Assembly: GCA_031416075.1 (NCBI GenBank)
Contig: JANOSY010000091.1
Location: 1 to 64,000, forward strand
Direction: 5' to 3'
DNA: 64,000 nt
Source: Candidatus Tenderia sp.
GTDB taxonomy: Bacteria; Pseudomonadota; Gammaproteobacteria; Tenderiales; Tenderiaceae
Made by a program: the position numbers and the translations under genes. The notes under the pieces are model-generated. The model was not told the DNA's origin. It searched no databases and was given only the letters and a program-made list of their open reading frames with translations. The number at the start of each line of letters is the position of its first letter. The first letter of the stretch is position 1. Shown one piece after another: positions 22,742 through 32,682 of the stretch.

Positions 22742-22891
22742 ATTTCTCCACTGTCTTATTGAACACAACCGCTGCGCGGTAAAAGCTGGCGTTACGTTGA
22801 AATACGAAAGTAACTATCAGCATAACACTCCAAACCATCTGCGCTACTCTACAACAACCATACACTATTCAATGCCATGCAGAAGACCACA

Positions 22892-23575
22892 TCAATGTCG
22901 TAACGGAATCTGCTGATCAGGCGGGGTTGGACTGTCAGCCTCCGGACCATTACGCTCTACCCATGCCTTGCTATTGCGATCGATCCACTCCTGTTCATTG
23001 TCAGACAGCGGACCGCGCTTGAGGGTGGACTCCCACTCCCACAACGCAGAACGGGCCTTGCGTATAAACGGATCGTTGGGGGGCGACAGATGTATAAAGG
23101 CACGCATGGCACCTAGCGCCCCCTCCAGGTCACCCAGCTGTTCGAGTGATATGGCCAACCCCCAATAGGCGTTGGCCTGATAGGGTTTGAGTTCAATGGC
23201 GCTGTTAAAAAAATCGGCGGAGGCTTTATAGTTCTCTTTGCCAATCAAGGCAAAACCCATATTGACGTAGGCCTCGGGCATTTTCGGGGCCAGCTCAATC
23301 ACCCGATGCAGTGCCTTGATGGCAAAGTCGTACTGCTTGGCATGCAACATGGCAACCGCTTGCTGAAAACGTTCGTCCAGCTCCTTTTCACGATACTGCC
23401 GGGCGTGGCCTTTGGGATCACTGGTGGCATCGGCCATCTTTTCAACCACTGGACGCTGATAGGTAAATTGTGGGCGATTGGCAAAACCGGCCACCATAGC
23501 CACCATCAGGGCCAGTAACAGTAATGTGGTGATCGTGCCGACCCTATCCATGCCTGTATCCACTGCACTGCTCAT
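22892..23575 (-). CDS. Membrane-anchored TPR protein (cytochrome maturation accessory)
   Basis: N-terminal TM, TPR repeats (PEAYVNMG, ANAYWGLA). Last gene of the cytochrome operon. Confidence 0.75.
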   Translation of the reverse strand: MSSAVDTGMDRVGTITTLLLLALMVAMVAGFANRPQFTYQRPVVEKMADATSDPKGHARQYREKELDERFQQAVAMLHAKQYDFAIKALHRVIELAPKMPEAYVNMGFALIGKENYKASADFFNSAIELKPYQANAYWGLAISLEQLGDLEGALGAMRAFIHLSPPNDPFIRKARSALWEWESTLKRGPLSDNEQEWIDRNSKAWVERNGPEADSPTPPDQQIPLRH

Positions 23576-23577
23576 GG

Positions 23578-24426
23578 CTACACCACCCCTTTATGGGCTG
23601 CTTCGCTGAAATAGGGTGTGCCAAAATAGGTGACAAAGGCCAGGCCAAAGATCGCCAGGATAACCAATGCCCCTACTCGTACCGGAATTTTATAACTCAG
23701 CCGGGCATGAATACCGGCACCGATGGAGAGCCACGTCATAAAGGCCGAGGTCTCCAGCGCATCCCACTGCCAGTAACGACCCCAGGCATCTTGTGCCCAG
23801 ACGGCACCGGCAATCAGCATCAAGCTGTCAAAGACCAGCGCCAACATCATAAAGCGCCACGCCATCTGGTCCAGCGCTGCATCACTCATGTGGGCAAACC
23901 AGCGTCCTAGCCCCGGCACGCCTCGTAAAAGTATGATCCCGGCCAACCCTGCCGCCACCAGGCAGAAGGAGAGAAACACTTTGCCAAAACCGACATGGGC
24001 CCAGAGCCAGTTGTTGTTATAGGTGGGGGGGAAGTGGCTGTCACTTGGCTCCAGCATTAACACCCACGACCCCAACAGCCAGATCAGCGGCATCACCACC
24101 ACCGCGCTGGTACGCAGTGCAGGCACCCGCCAGTAGACCAGCGCGAAGATCAGCCCCAAACTAAAGAGCTGGCTGGCCAGCAGTTCATACAGGTTGATAA
24201 AAGGACCGTGGCCCAACCGTTCCCAACGTACCCCCAGTGCCACCGCCAACAGCAGCACACCTGAGATCAGTAGCAGCAGCAGCAACCGCTCGTTACTGCG
24301 TACTGGTGGGCTAATGGCACTGGTTTTTGCCAAGACAACCACGCCACGAAACGCCAGTATGGTTGCCACTGCGTAGGCACTTAGTCCGGCCCAAAGCCAG
24401 GGCAACTCTGTTGCTTCACTCATCAT
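23578..24426 (-). CDS. ccsA: Cytochrome c biogenesis protein CcsA (System II)
   Basis: WWD motif WAQDAWGRYWQWDALE, conserved His (GHGPF, WAHV, IHAR, AAH), multiple TMs. Confidence 0.85.
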   Translation of the reverse strand: MMSEATELPWLWAGLSAYAVATILAFRGVVVLAKTSAISPPVRSNERLLLLLLISGVLLLAVALGVRWERLGHGPFINLYELLASQLFSLGLIFALVYWRVPALRTSAVVVMPLIWLLGSWVLMLEPSDSHFPPTYNNNWLWAHVGFGKVFLSFCLVAAGLAGIILLRGVPGLGRWFAHMSDAALDQMAWRFMMLALVFDSLMLIAGAVWAQDAWGRYWQWDALETSAFMTWLSIGAGIHARLSYKIPVRVGALVILAIFGLAFVTYFGTPYFSEAAHKGVV

Positions 24427-25448
24427 CTGTTGACCACCTTTTCTGTCGCTGGGGAGGCACTGTCCAGCGACGCTACTGATGACAACGTATCAAATTTGCT
24501 CCAGTAGTGCCGCGCCAAACCGACCACACCCAAAATCGCAGCAAAAAAGAGCCACTTCAGGGTCGGGTCATAAAAAATCTTGTAACCAAGCCAGCTATTC
24601 AGCGCTTCGTAACGCAACCGCCCACCTGCCAGCGCCACTTCATCGCCGGGGCGAAGCTCTAACCGCTGCTCACCACTATTCACAATCAAAACCCCGCTGG
24701 CCTGTCGACCGTCCAACACCCAGGCACTCTCTTCCGTATAGCCTGTATCAAGCCGCAGCCAAAATTTGATTTCGTTGCCACCGGGTGGCGTCCAGCTATT
24801 ATCCTGTTTATATTCAAAGAGTGGATAGGCAGGCATATGCACGGAGCCCGTCACGGGCACACCCCCTGTAGGGGTCCAGCTCAATATCGGCGCAAACCCT
24901 TTATTAAAACTGGTGTAAAAACGGTACCCCTTCAGCACCAGAGGAGTATCGTCCCCCACCACCTCCTCAAGCCAACCACCACTGCCATCCGGGATGGCCA
25001 CATGGCTACGGGTCGGGCCACGTTTTAATGCCGAACCATACTCCACCGTGTACGGCCCTTGGACAAACTCCACCGCATCCAGTTCACCCATATGCCATGG
25101 TCCCTGGCGTGGCTCAATCACATTGGCAGGATCGAAGGACTCCCCACTCAACAACTCAATATGGGCTTCGTAATAGGTCAAACGACCCAGCGCTGCCAAC
25201 ACCACAATGGAGAGCAATCCAATATGAAACATCAATAGACCGCCACGACGATTGATACGTGGCTGAACAAGAATGGCCGCAAACAGATTAAGTGACAGCA
25301 GGCCGAGTGGTGCAACCAGCACCCAGACAGAGGTCGTCACGGGGTTGCCATAACTCAGACCCGCACCAACGGCCAGCAACACCATCCCCAGCAACGTCAG
25401 GCGGGTTGATGCCAGCATCCGCCCGCAACGATGTAACCGCCCCATCAT
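24423..25448 (-). CDS. ResB/CcsB-like cytochrome c biogenesis protein
   Basis: Three N-terminal TMs with MFHIGLL His, periplasmic domain, C-terminal YDP+TM. Adjacent to ccsA. Confidence 0.7.
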   Translation of the reverse strand: MMGRLHRCGRMLASTRLTLLGMVLLAVGAGLSYGNPVTTSVWVLVAPLGLLSLNLFAAILVQPRINRRGGLLMFHIGLLSIVVLAALGRLTYYEAHIELLSGESFDPANVIEPRQGPWHMGELDAVEFVQGPYTVEYGSALKRGPTRSHVAIPDGSGGWLEEVVGDDTPLVLKGYRFYTSFNKGFAPILSWTPTGGVPVTGSVHMPAYPLFEYKQDNSWTPPGGNEIKFWLRLDTGYTEESAWVLDGRQASGVLIVNSGEQRLELRPGDEVALAGGRLRYEALNSWLGYKIFYDPTLKWLFFAAILGVVGLARHYWSKFDTLSSVASLDSASPATEKVVNR

Positions 25449-28162
25449 GGCAACAGGTTACATGCCTCTCCGCCCGCCCCCTGACGTGTCATCCAAGGGA
25501 TGTTGCCGTCATTATTATTACCTCCCACCCAGCCATTGCCGGGGGCACCGGCAGAGCCACAACTGGTATGGGTCCACTCGCCACTCTGGCGGAAACGCAC
25601 CACCTTGAGCACCGAACCGTTGTAATACGGCCCCCTGTAATAACGCGCGGTTGTCCTGTTACGAACCTGATTGCCGCCCGTGGGTAGTCCCACCTCTTTA
25701 CCAATGTCATTCAGATTGGCAAGGAAATTTTTGTTTTTCCACCCATGTGGAATCGCAATATGGCAATAGTTGCAACGGAAATTCAATACCTGGCTATCCT
25801 GTGCATGCCCAGTATGAAGGTTATAGTCCGGCACTGCGAGACAGCTTCCCCCGCCACTGCTACGACTGAAACCACTCTTTGAGGTCTGCCCCAGAGGAAT
25901 CGGCCCGGACGGAAACTTTTTACCGTAATAGTTGTAATTATGGCACTTAAAGCAGAGACCTTCCGGGGTGTTCTGCCCGGTCTCATCACTCCACGACCCC
26001 TTCAACAAAAAGTCGTTATTAGAGCCGTGTGGTCCCCACACATTCCCCTGCTCACCACCACGAGGCACCGCTGTACCCGGCTCCGTATCAGAACCGTGGC
26101 AATCGGTGCAGTACATGGTCTGCACACCCACGGCTGCATTAAAGGGCGTCAGCCAGTCATTGGCACTGGCCTGACGGATACCACCACCACCCGGTGCCGG
26201 ATCAGCGGTACGACCGGTCTCTTTCATCACCGGGTGCCAGGCCCGGTGGTTATCCGTGACATAGTCCACACAATTACCAAAGGGGTCCCTGTAACCGGGA
26301 TCAATAATCGGGTTCTGATGTGTGCCGGTATTGATCTTGTTACAGGTGTTTACCTTGTCATCATAAACACCCGTCGGCGAGCCTGACGTCCCTTCACCCA
26401 TATGGTCGTCGGGAGATTGATACTCCATCCCCTGATTGGTGTAATTAAATAGGCTATTGGTACCGGCAGGCGTCCCCCCCGAATGGTTGGTCCCCAACGG
26501 CGGCGGTGAGTCATATCCGTAGTTGGAGTGGCACTTCATACAAATTTGATACTCACGGGTCACATAAGATGAGTTCACTGACGTGCTCGCACCGGGAGAG
26601 TTATCCCCCTTTTTCACATCAAAAATAGTCGGCTCACTGGTAAATTCCGTTGAAGTCCATCCTTTTGGCTCCACCCCCCAGGCACCACGCAACACCCCCG
26701 AAGCAAGATTGGTATGTATCCCCTCAGGGGTGGCGGCGATCTGCGACGCGGTATGGTTATGTGTACCTTCTGTTGCCGGAATTGTAGGATCATCATTAAA
26801 ACTACGATTTTTGATCACACGATGCGGGTTATGGCAATCCGTACACTCAGCGTGACGGTTTGAAAGGTCGCCTTTCCCCAAACGCTGCGGTGACTCCATA
26901 AAGTCTTTACCATTCTGGGCCACACCCGTCGCCGTACCAATCGAGTGGCGCTCCTCCTGAGCCGGCTGGTCATTGCTGGCCATCGGCATATGTATGCGCA
27001 TCGTAGTAAAGTCAGTTTTGATATCAGGCACCTCAAAACCCGGACGATTACTCTGCCCCTGCAAAACACCACCATCCGCTGAATGGCAGGCGTAACAGGT
27101 CTCCTCAATGGCCGCCTTACCACCCTGCTTAACACGCAAGCCGGTCGTACTCAACTGACCATCATCATCAGTCCCCTCGCGCAACAGACGCCGTGCGCCC
27201 TGAACCGTATGTGGATCATGGCAGTTCAAACAGGCCGCCTGCCACACCTGGAAGTTCTTGGGGAACTCACGCAGCTGTGCCGCAGCGTCGGTATAACGCT
27301 CATTTGCTACCGCTGGATTGGCATGTGCCGAATTGGCCCACCCCGACTTCTCATGGCACGCCAGGCAGATAATATCGTTAGCCTGATCAAAGCTACCCTC
27401 AACCGGCTGGGTCTGCTGAAAGCGGTTTACCCGTAAAAACTTAATATTCTCACCATTGCTGCTGCGGACATGAGGATCGTGACAAGAGACACACTCCATC
27501 TGGTTGTTATCCAGCGGAATGGTAGGGCGACTCCCTCCCGCATGACGTTCTCCCAGAAAGGTCTCCACCGTAGGGTCGCGTAATTCACCGTCACGCAGCG
27601 CCTGAGCGCTGTCATAGGTAAATGAGATCGGATGATCATTGGTCAAATCTGTGCCTATACGCCGGGTAAATCCAGTACGATCCCCCACGCCAGTAGGCAT
27701 CGTGCCGTCAGTGCGCGTACCTACCATATTAATAGTAGGATTTTCCTGGCGATTCAATACGTTTACCGCACCAATCGCCAACGTACCATCATGACAGGAG
27801 AGACATAGCTTTGATTTGGTATTGGGCTGACCAATATCCAGGGCATCAATAGAGGTCGAGTTATAAGGTGCGTACGTCTGGCCACTCAGCTTACGGTTCC
27901 AGAGCGGCGCCATCCCCTGCTGAGTCGCCTTATGAGGCGTATGGCAAAAAGCGCAGATCTGCGACTCGTTAGTCGCCTGCACACTCCGGCTATTATCAGT
28001 GGGCAACGCTGGCACCACCATCGCGGAAAAGTTGTGTTTGGTATTGCGGATATCCGAAATAATTTCGGCAGATACGCTATTGACCAGGAGACTATTGGAT
28101 AGTAGCGCTCCGCACAGCAACGCTGCCGTTCTCCACCCGATCAACCCCATCCCCATCTCCAA
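25445..28162 (-). CDS. Undecaheme c-type cytochrome (UetJ-like), secreted
   Basis: 11 CXXCH counted (CAFCH, CLSCH, CVSCH, CLACH, CLNCH, CYACH, CTDCH, CMKCH, CTDCH, CFKCH, CNYCH); signal peptide. Confidence 0.92.
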   Translation of the reverse strand: MEMGMGLIGWRTAALLCGALLSNSLLVNSVSAEIISDIRNTKHNFSAMVVPALPTDNSRSVQATNESQICAFCHTPHKATQQGMAPLWNRKLSGQTYAPYNSTSIDALDIGQPNTKSKLCLSCHDGTLAIGAVNVLNRQENPTINMVGTRTDGTMPTGVGDRTGFTRRIGTDLTNDHPISFTYDSAQALRDGELRDPTVETFLGERHAGGSRPTIPLDNNQMECVSCHDPHVRSSNGENIKFLRVNRFQQTQPVEGSFDQANDIICLACHEKSGWANSAHANPAVANERYTDAAAQLREFPKNFQVWQAACLNCHDPHTVQGARRLLREGTDDDGQLSTTGLRVKQGGKAAIEETCYACHSADGGVLQGQSNRPGFEVPDIKTDFTTMRIHMPMASNDQPAQEERHSIGTATGVAQNGKDFMESPQRLGKGDLSNRHAECTDCHNPHRVIKNRSFNDDPTIPATEGTHNHTASQIAATPEGIHTNLASGVLRGAWGVEPKGWTSTEFTSEPTIFDVKKGDNSPGASTSVNSSYVTREYQICMKCHSNYGYDSPPPLGTNHSGGTPAGTNSLFNYTNQGMEYQSPDDHMGEGTSGSPTGVYDDKVNTCNKINTGTHQNPIIDPGYRDPFGNCVDYVTDNHRAWHPVMKETGRTADPAPGGGGIRQASANDWLTPFNAAVGVQTMYCTDCHGSDTEPGTAVPRGGEQGNVWGPHGSNNDFLLKGSWSDETGQNTPEGLCFKCHNYNYYGKKFPSGPIPLGQTSKSGFSRSSGGGSCLAVPDYNLHTGHAQDSQVLNFRCNYCHIAIPHGWKNKNFLANLNDIGKEVGLPTGGNQVRNRTTARYYRGPYYNGSVLKVVRFRQSGEWTHTSCGSAGAPGNGWVGGNNNDGNIPWMTRQGAGGEACNLLP

Positions 28163-29219
28163 GATATTGAAAAATCACTACACGGCCATTAAAGGTATCC
28201 GCGACATAAATACGATCATTACTGTCCGCCCAAACACCCGCCGGCAAAAAGAACTGCCCTAACTCATACCCGGCCCCGCCAATAGGTAACAATAACTCAC
28301 CATTGCGATTAAATACTAACAAATAATCATAATACGATTCCACAACATAAATATTGCCATGTGAATCAACCGTCACCCCTTTTGGACGTGGCAACTCCCC
28401 CAGATAGAGCCCCCTGCGCCCAAACGTTGAGACCATCTCACCTTCAGGTGAAAAAATCTGAATACGGGAGTTAAGGGTATCCGTCACATAGAGCCTATCG
28501 CCACGCCAATCCAGATAAGTAGGTGCATTAAATTGCCCTGGAGCCTCACCAAACTCACCCAGCGTACCAACCAACACACCCGAGTCATCAAAAACCCGAA
28601 CAAGATTCTCACCACGGTCAGCAACGTAGATACGCCCACGCACAGGGTCCCGCGCCACACCTGCAGGGTGTTTAAGCAGTCCCTCGCCTATCCGCCCAAG
28701 CGGACGACCATCTGACCCCAGGCGCGCCACAAACTTCAGCGCCGCATCTGCCACCAGCAGTTCACCCGCCACGCCCGGCACAACACCAATAGGAAGCACA
28801 AAACGCACCCCCTCACCAGCCCACTCCCACACCTCCAGACGCCCCTTAACCGTATCAAACATAAATACAGCCTGACGACTCACATCGCTGACATACACTC
28901 GGCCATCCGCCGAACCTGTCACCGCCTGGGGACGCTGTAAAACCACCGGATCAGGAGAGTGCCCCGTCAACCCCACCACCCAACGCAAAAACCTGAGTCC
29001 AGCATTGGCGGTCTTTGCACCTGGACGGTAAAAATTCTCCTCACCCGTCAACTGCCCGACATAACCATAACGGGCAACCTCCGGAGGCGCAGGCCACACA
29101 ACCTTCGGAGCACCACTTTCAGTCGAGTCATAACGAAACTGGGCAGGGATCTGCGCGCAGCCTTGCAGCACAAACAGCCACACCAATAGAATCGTGGAAA
29201 AATGGAGGGCCACTTTCAT
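28092..29219 (-). CDS. NHL-repeat beta-propeller lipoprotein
   Basis: LQGC lipobox; repeated P.GV..D....YV.D..N.R.Q.F units. Confidence 0.88.
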   Translation of the reverse strand: MKVALHFSTILLVWLFVLQGCAQIPAQFRYDSTESGAPKVVWPAPPEVARYGYVGQLTGEENFYRPGAKTANAGLRFLRWVVGLTGHSPDPVVLQRPQAVTGSADGRVYVSDVSRQAVFMFDTVKGRLEVWEWAGEGVRFVLPIGVVPGVAGELLVADAALKFVARLGSDGRPLGRIGEGLLKHPAGVARDPVRGRIYVADRGENLVRVFDDSGVLVGTLGEFGEAPGQFNAPTYLDWRGDRLYVTDTLNSRIQIFSPEGEMVSTFGRRGLYLGELPRPKGVTVDSHGNIYVVESYYDYLLVFNRNGELLLPIGGAGYELGQFFLPAGVWADSNDRIYVADTFNGRVVIFQYLGDGDGVDRVENGSVAVRSATIQ

Positions 29220-30367
29220 TAACGGGCAGTCGCAGCCCCGGGAAATCCTTCCGGCACCAACCGTGCCACCTGGATACGTCCATTCAGACTATCCACAACA
29301 TACAAAAAGCGCTCATCCAACCACATATCAGTGATACGCATAAACCGTCCCGTTCCTGCCCCAGAGCCGCCAATAACACCCACCATCCGGCCACGATCAA
29401 AAACCTTAATCTCATTATCCATCAGGTCAGCAACATAGCCACGGTTATTACGATCGACCACAATTGCCGCTGGGAAAATCACCCGTCCCTCCTCAAAGGA
29501 GTAGTTGTAATCCCCTTTAAGCGACAGTACTTGAACACGACGCCCAACACGCGCACCAGCGTAGAAACCATCTGGGCCAATAGACATGCTTGTCATATTG
29601 ATAAACTGCGCCGCCCCCTCGCCACGCCCGCCGTATGTCGCCAGCAACTCACCGTCGCTGCTGAACTGCAAAATGTGGTCAAAATACCCATCTGCCACCA
29701 CCAAATCACCACTCTCCAGCACATTCACTGCAACTGGTTTGGTTAAATTAAAATGGTTACTGAATACCTGTTTCAAACGGCCATCCCGGTCATAGCGCAA
29801 TACACGACCACCATCTGTATCAGTAATATAAAAGCCCTGGTCCGCGGCAACATAAATATCGACCACCTCACCACTCACCGCCGCCCTCAGATCCAAAACA
29901 GAACTAAGACGTCCATCCCGCTGGTCGTAACGTAAAACCGCCTCCAAGCCAGCATCAACAATGTAGATATAATCACCCTGCACGGCAACCGCCACGGGGC
30001 GCTTCAAGCGAAAATCAACCACACCCGTCATGGCATTACCCACATCTCCGCCGGTAATCACATCCCAGTGATAAACCTCCACGGATGCATTCAGGGTTGC
30101 TAAAGGGGAGAAAGCACGATCCGGTAATTCTGAGAAATCTTCGGCAAAGGGCACAAACTGCTGCTCATCCGGGACGGTGGAGGGGAGAACTTTACTACTT
30201 GGCTCTGTCTCTTCAAACAGCTCCACCAGCTCAGCAGCGGAGCGATCAACAACAACAGGCGCGGCAACACGTTGCGGTCCAGCGCAGCCAGCCAGCAGCA
30301 ATGCGCCAGAAAAGAGCGCTACCTTAAACCAACGGTATCGCGTGCAACTGAATGGCATCGGCCACAA
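29219..30367 (-). CDS. NHL-repeat beta-propeller lipoprotein (divergent paralog)
   Basis: LAGC lipobox; RPVAVAV..YIVD, YVADLMDNEIKVFD, YVVDSLNGRIQV. Confidence 0.82.
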   Translation of the reverse strand: MWPMPFSCTRYRWFKVALFSGALLLAGCAGPQRVAAPVVVDRSAAELVELFEETEPSSKVLPSTVPDEQQFVPFAEDFSELPDRAFSPLATLNASVEVYHWDVITGGDVGNAMTGVVDFRLKRPVAVAVQGDYIYIVDAGLEAVLRYDQRDGRLSSVLDLRAAVSGEVVDIYVAADQGFYITDTDGGRVLRYDRDGRLKQVFSNHFNLTKPVAVNVLESGDLVVADGYFDHILQFSSDGELLATYGGRGEGAAQFINMTSMSIGPDGFYAGARVGRRVQVLSLKGDYNYSFEEGRVIFPAAIVVDRNNRGYVADLMDNEIKVFDRGRMVGVIGGSGAGTGRFMRITDMWLDERFLYVVDSLNGRIQVARLVPEGFPGAATAR

Positions 30368-30906
30368 TTCTTGGTTGGGGGAAACGCCACTTTACCGTGA
30401 CAGACTCCACAATAGTTACCCTGCATAATGCCGGACATCGTAACGGGATTACCACCTTTTTGCGGCAGGAATATTCTTGGATGACAATTTTTGCAGGTCA
30501 GCCACTCAGTATGCTGACGATGAGGATAACGAACAAACGGCATCGAGCCGGTATTCTTAAAAATCACGTCAAAGTCGACCGTATGCATCTGATCTTCACC
30601 ATTAAGCCCCTTCCGCGGATCAATCAGCCCATCATCAAGCACTTTAACCCAATCAATCACGCCAGAGTTATCACGGGGAAATCCCTGCATTGCATCAACT
30701 GGCTCCTGCAATACCTTCACCGCATCATTTGATGGATCATGAATTCCGTCAGCATCAACGGCGACTGCCTTACCATCAAGCTGGTAATGTTCACCTGCAT
30801 TCCAAAACTCACCACTCTTCTTTTCCTGCGCATAGCCAATACCGGAGAGCAGCAATACACTTGCCACTACTGCAACCAATCCCTTAAATCGTTTCACACC
30901 AAACAT
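30319..30906 (-). CDS. Triheme c7-type cytochrome
   Basis: YPHRQH; CKNCH, CGVCH, CGRCH; signal peptide. Confidence 0.9.
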   Translation of the reverse strand: MFGVKRFKGLVAVVASVLLLSGIGYAQEKKSGEFWNAGEHYQLDGKAVAVDADGIHDPSNDAVKVLQEPVDAMQGFPRDNSGVIDWVKVLDDGLIDPRKGLNGEDQMHTVDFDVIFKNTGSMPFVRYPHRQHTEWLTCKNCHPRIFLPQKGGNPVTMSGIMQGNYCGVCHGKVAFPPTKNCGRCHSVARDTVGLR

Positions 30907-30930
30907 AAGTCACTATATCTTGAAAAGTTA

Positions 30931-30963
30931 AAAAACCAGCCACCCCTGTAAATAGGGTGGCTG
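30931..30963 (-). terminator. Internal terminator-like hairpin in the cytochrome operon
   Basis: Minus strand CAGCCACCC...GGGTGGCTG followed by GTTTTTT. Confidence 0.55.
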
Positions 30964-31011
30964 CGTAAGACTATACACAAAGAAAACAGACCATGCCATT
31001 AGGACACGGGA

Positions 31012-32556
31012 TTAATTAACCCCGGCAAGACGAAGTGCCCTCTGCAAATTAGAGGTGGCCGCCTGAATCGCCAAAATTGCCATTTTGTAATCACCCTTGG
31101 CTGCGATTGCTTGGCCCTCCGCCTTGATCTGAGCCGCTTTTTTAACCATCTCATCAATCATCTTCAGAGTATTCTCACCTGGCTGCCTCTGTTCAATAGC
31201 CAGCGGCACTAACTCTTCATAGTTCTCTTCACGCGCCAGCTCATACTCATACTCTTCCTTAGGCGTCTCAAAACTGGTGTCATAAACAACTGTCTGGGCA
31301 TGCAACATATCAGTCAGCGCTGCAGTAATCATCGTTTGGGCCTTTTCAAGCAGCTTATTGGCTGACGGATAGTCACCCTTGCTGCCCATAGCCTGCCCTT
31401 CCTTCACCAAACGAGCGTACTCGGCCTCATCCAGCTTACTTTTCAGCGGCCGCTTTACCTTGGCAGCGTGTTCGATATTACGCTTATACGAGCTATCGTA
31501 AGTATGCAGCGTATTGATCAACTCATTATGCTTCGCTTTGTGGTCCACTGCAGCCATATCACTCTCAGTCGTAATCGCACGGGAGGCTGCCGTCATCAAC
31601 CGCAAACTTTCATCCACCTGGGCCATCGCCTCGTCCAGCTTGCCCCCGGCGAGCGTCGAGCCAACTGCGCCAATCTGCTTGCGGGCATCATTAAGCATAA
31701 CAATTGCGTCTGCGTTACCACTCTCTTCTATACGTTTTGCACTGGCAGAACCGGCAACCATCTGTGCGTAACCCAGCTTCTGCTTAACAGCACTTTCCGT
31801 GACCACCACCGCCGCAACAGCACTCCTGGCACTACCACCTTGAGCCGCTGCCGCTGCCTTCACCTTGGTCAAATCATCACCCTTATTCAGGACGTGGATC
31901 TCGCCACCCATATATTTATGGTTACGACACTGATAATAGAGGTTATCAGGGGTATTGGCTCCAGGTACAAAGCTGACATCACCGCGATAAATAAACTGCC
32001 CCTCAACACCCTCTGTATAGGTACCCACTCCCCAACCAGAGGAGGATGTTGTCAGATAAAAGTCGTGCTGAACCCCAGTATCAACAATAAATTTATACTT
32101 TTCGCCACGAATCACCGCCAGCTCTTTACCTTCAACACCATTCACCATAAAACCAACATCCTGGCCATGACCAAACTCAGGGTGAGCGCGAGATTTACGC
32201 TCAGCCATTACCAGAAACGTATTTGGATCAGTGGGAATTTTATGCGCTGTTTTATTGACAGGGACTGGGGCAGCCACTAGCGCTGGCGCGTTCTCTCGGG
32301 CCGGAGCAGAAGCCACAACCTGCGCGGGAAGTGCCTCAACTTTACTTTCCATTGGAGCCGCCTCCACCGCCTTAATCGGTGCCGGTGCCACCACAGTCGC
32401 TTCCTTTACAGGCTGCTCAACCGCTACCGCTGACATACTTTTACCAGACTCAACTCCTGACACACTGTCTGCCTGCTTTTCCGGGGTAGAACCACACCCA
32501 GCCAGCACCGCCACAACCGCCAAAGACAATAGTTTATTTCCTGATTCCATTATCAA
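31012..32556 (-). CDS. Lipoprotein with cupredoxin-like Cu motif and helical C-terminal repeats
   Basis: LAGC lipobox, Ala/Pro linker, QHDFYL ... YYQCRNHKYMGG, then helical repeats. Confidence 0.7.
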   Translation of the reverse strand: MIMESGNKLLSLAVVAVLAGCGSTPEKQADSVSGVESGKSMSAVAVEQPVKEATVVAPAPIKAVEAAPMESKVEALPAQVVASAPARENAPALVAAPVPVNKTAHKIPTDPNTFLVMAERKSRAHPEFGHGQDVGFMVNGVEGKELAVIRGEKYKFIVDTGVQHDFYLTTSSSGWGVGTYTEGVEGQFIYRGDVSFVPGANTPDNLYYQCRNHKYMGGEIHVLNKGDDLTKVKAAAAAQGGSARSAVAAVVVTESAVKQKLGYAQMVAGSASAKRIEESGNADAIVMLNDARKQIGAVGSTLAGGKLDEAMAQVDESLRLMTAASRAITTESDMAAVDHKAKHNELINTLHTYDSSYKRNIEHAAKVKRPLKSKLDEAEYARLVKEGQAMGSKGDYPSANKLLEKAQTMITAALTDMLHAQTVVYDTSFETPKEEYEYELAREENYEELVPLAIEQRQPGENTLKMIDEMVKKAAQIKAEGQAIAAKGDYKMAILAIQAATSNLQRALRLAGVN

Positions 32557-32682
32557 CTCTCCCTACCGCGTCTGTTAACCTCACCAGACCATTGCTACTC
32601 AACAGCCCGGAGCTTTTTCAATCTCTAGTATAAAGAAGGCCGCCCGGAGGCGGCCATCTCATCACTTCAAGAAACTTAACGG

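Noticed and set aside
22742-22800. attC-like end (GCTGGCGTTACG) after the small AT-rich gene
   Set aside because: No matching RYYYAAC inverse core or L-box palindrome, and no integrase.
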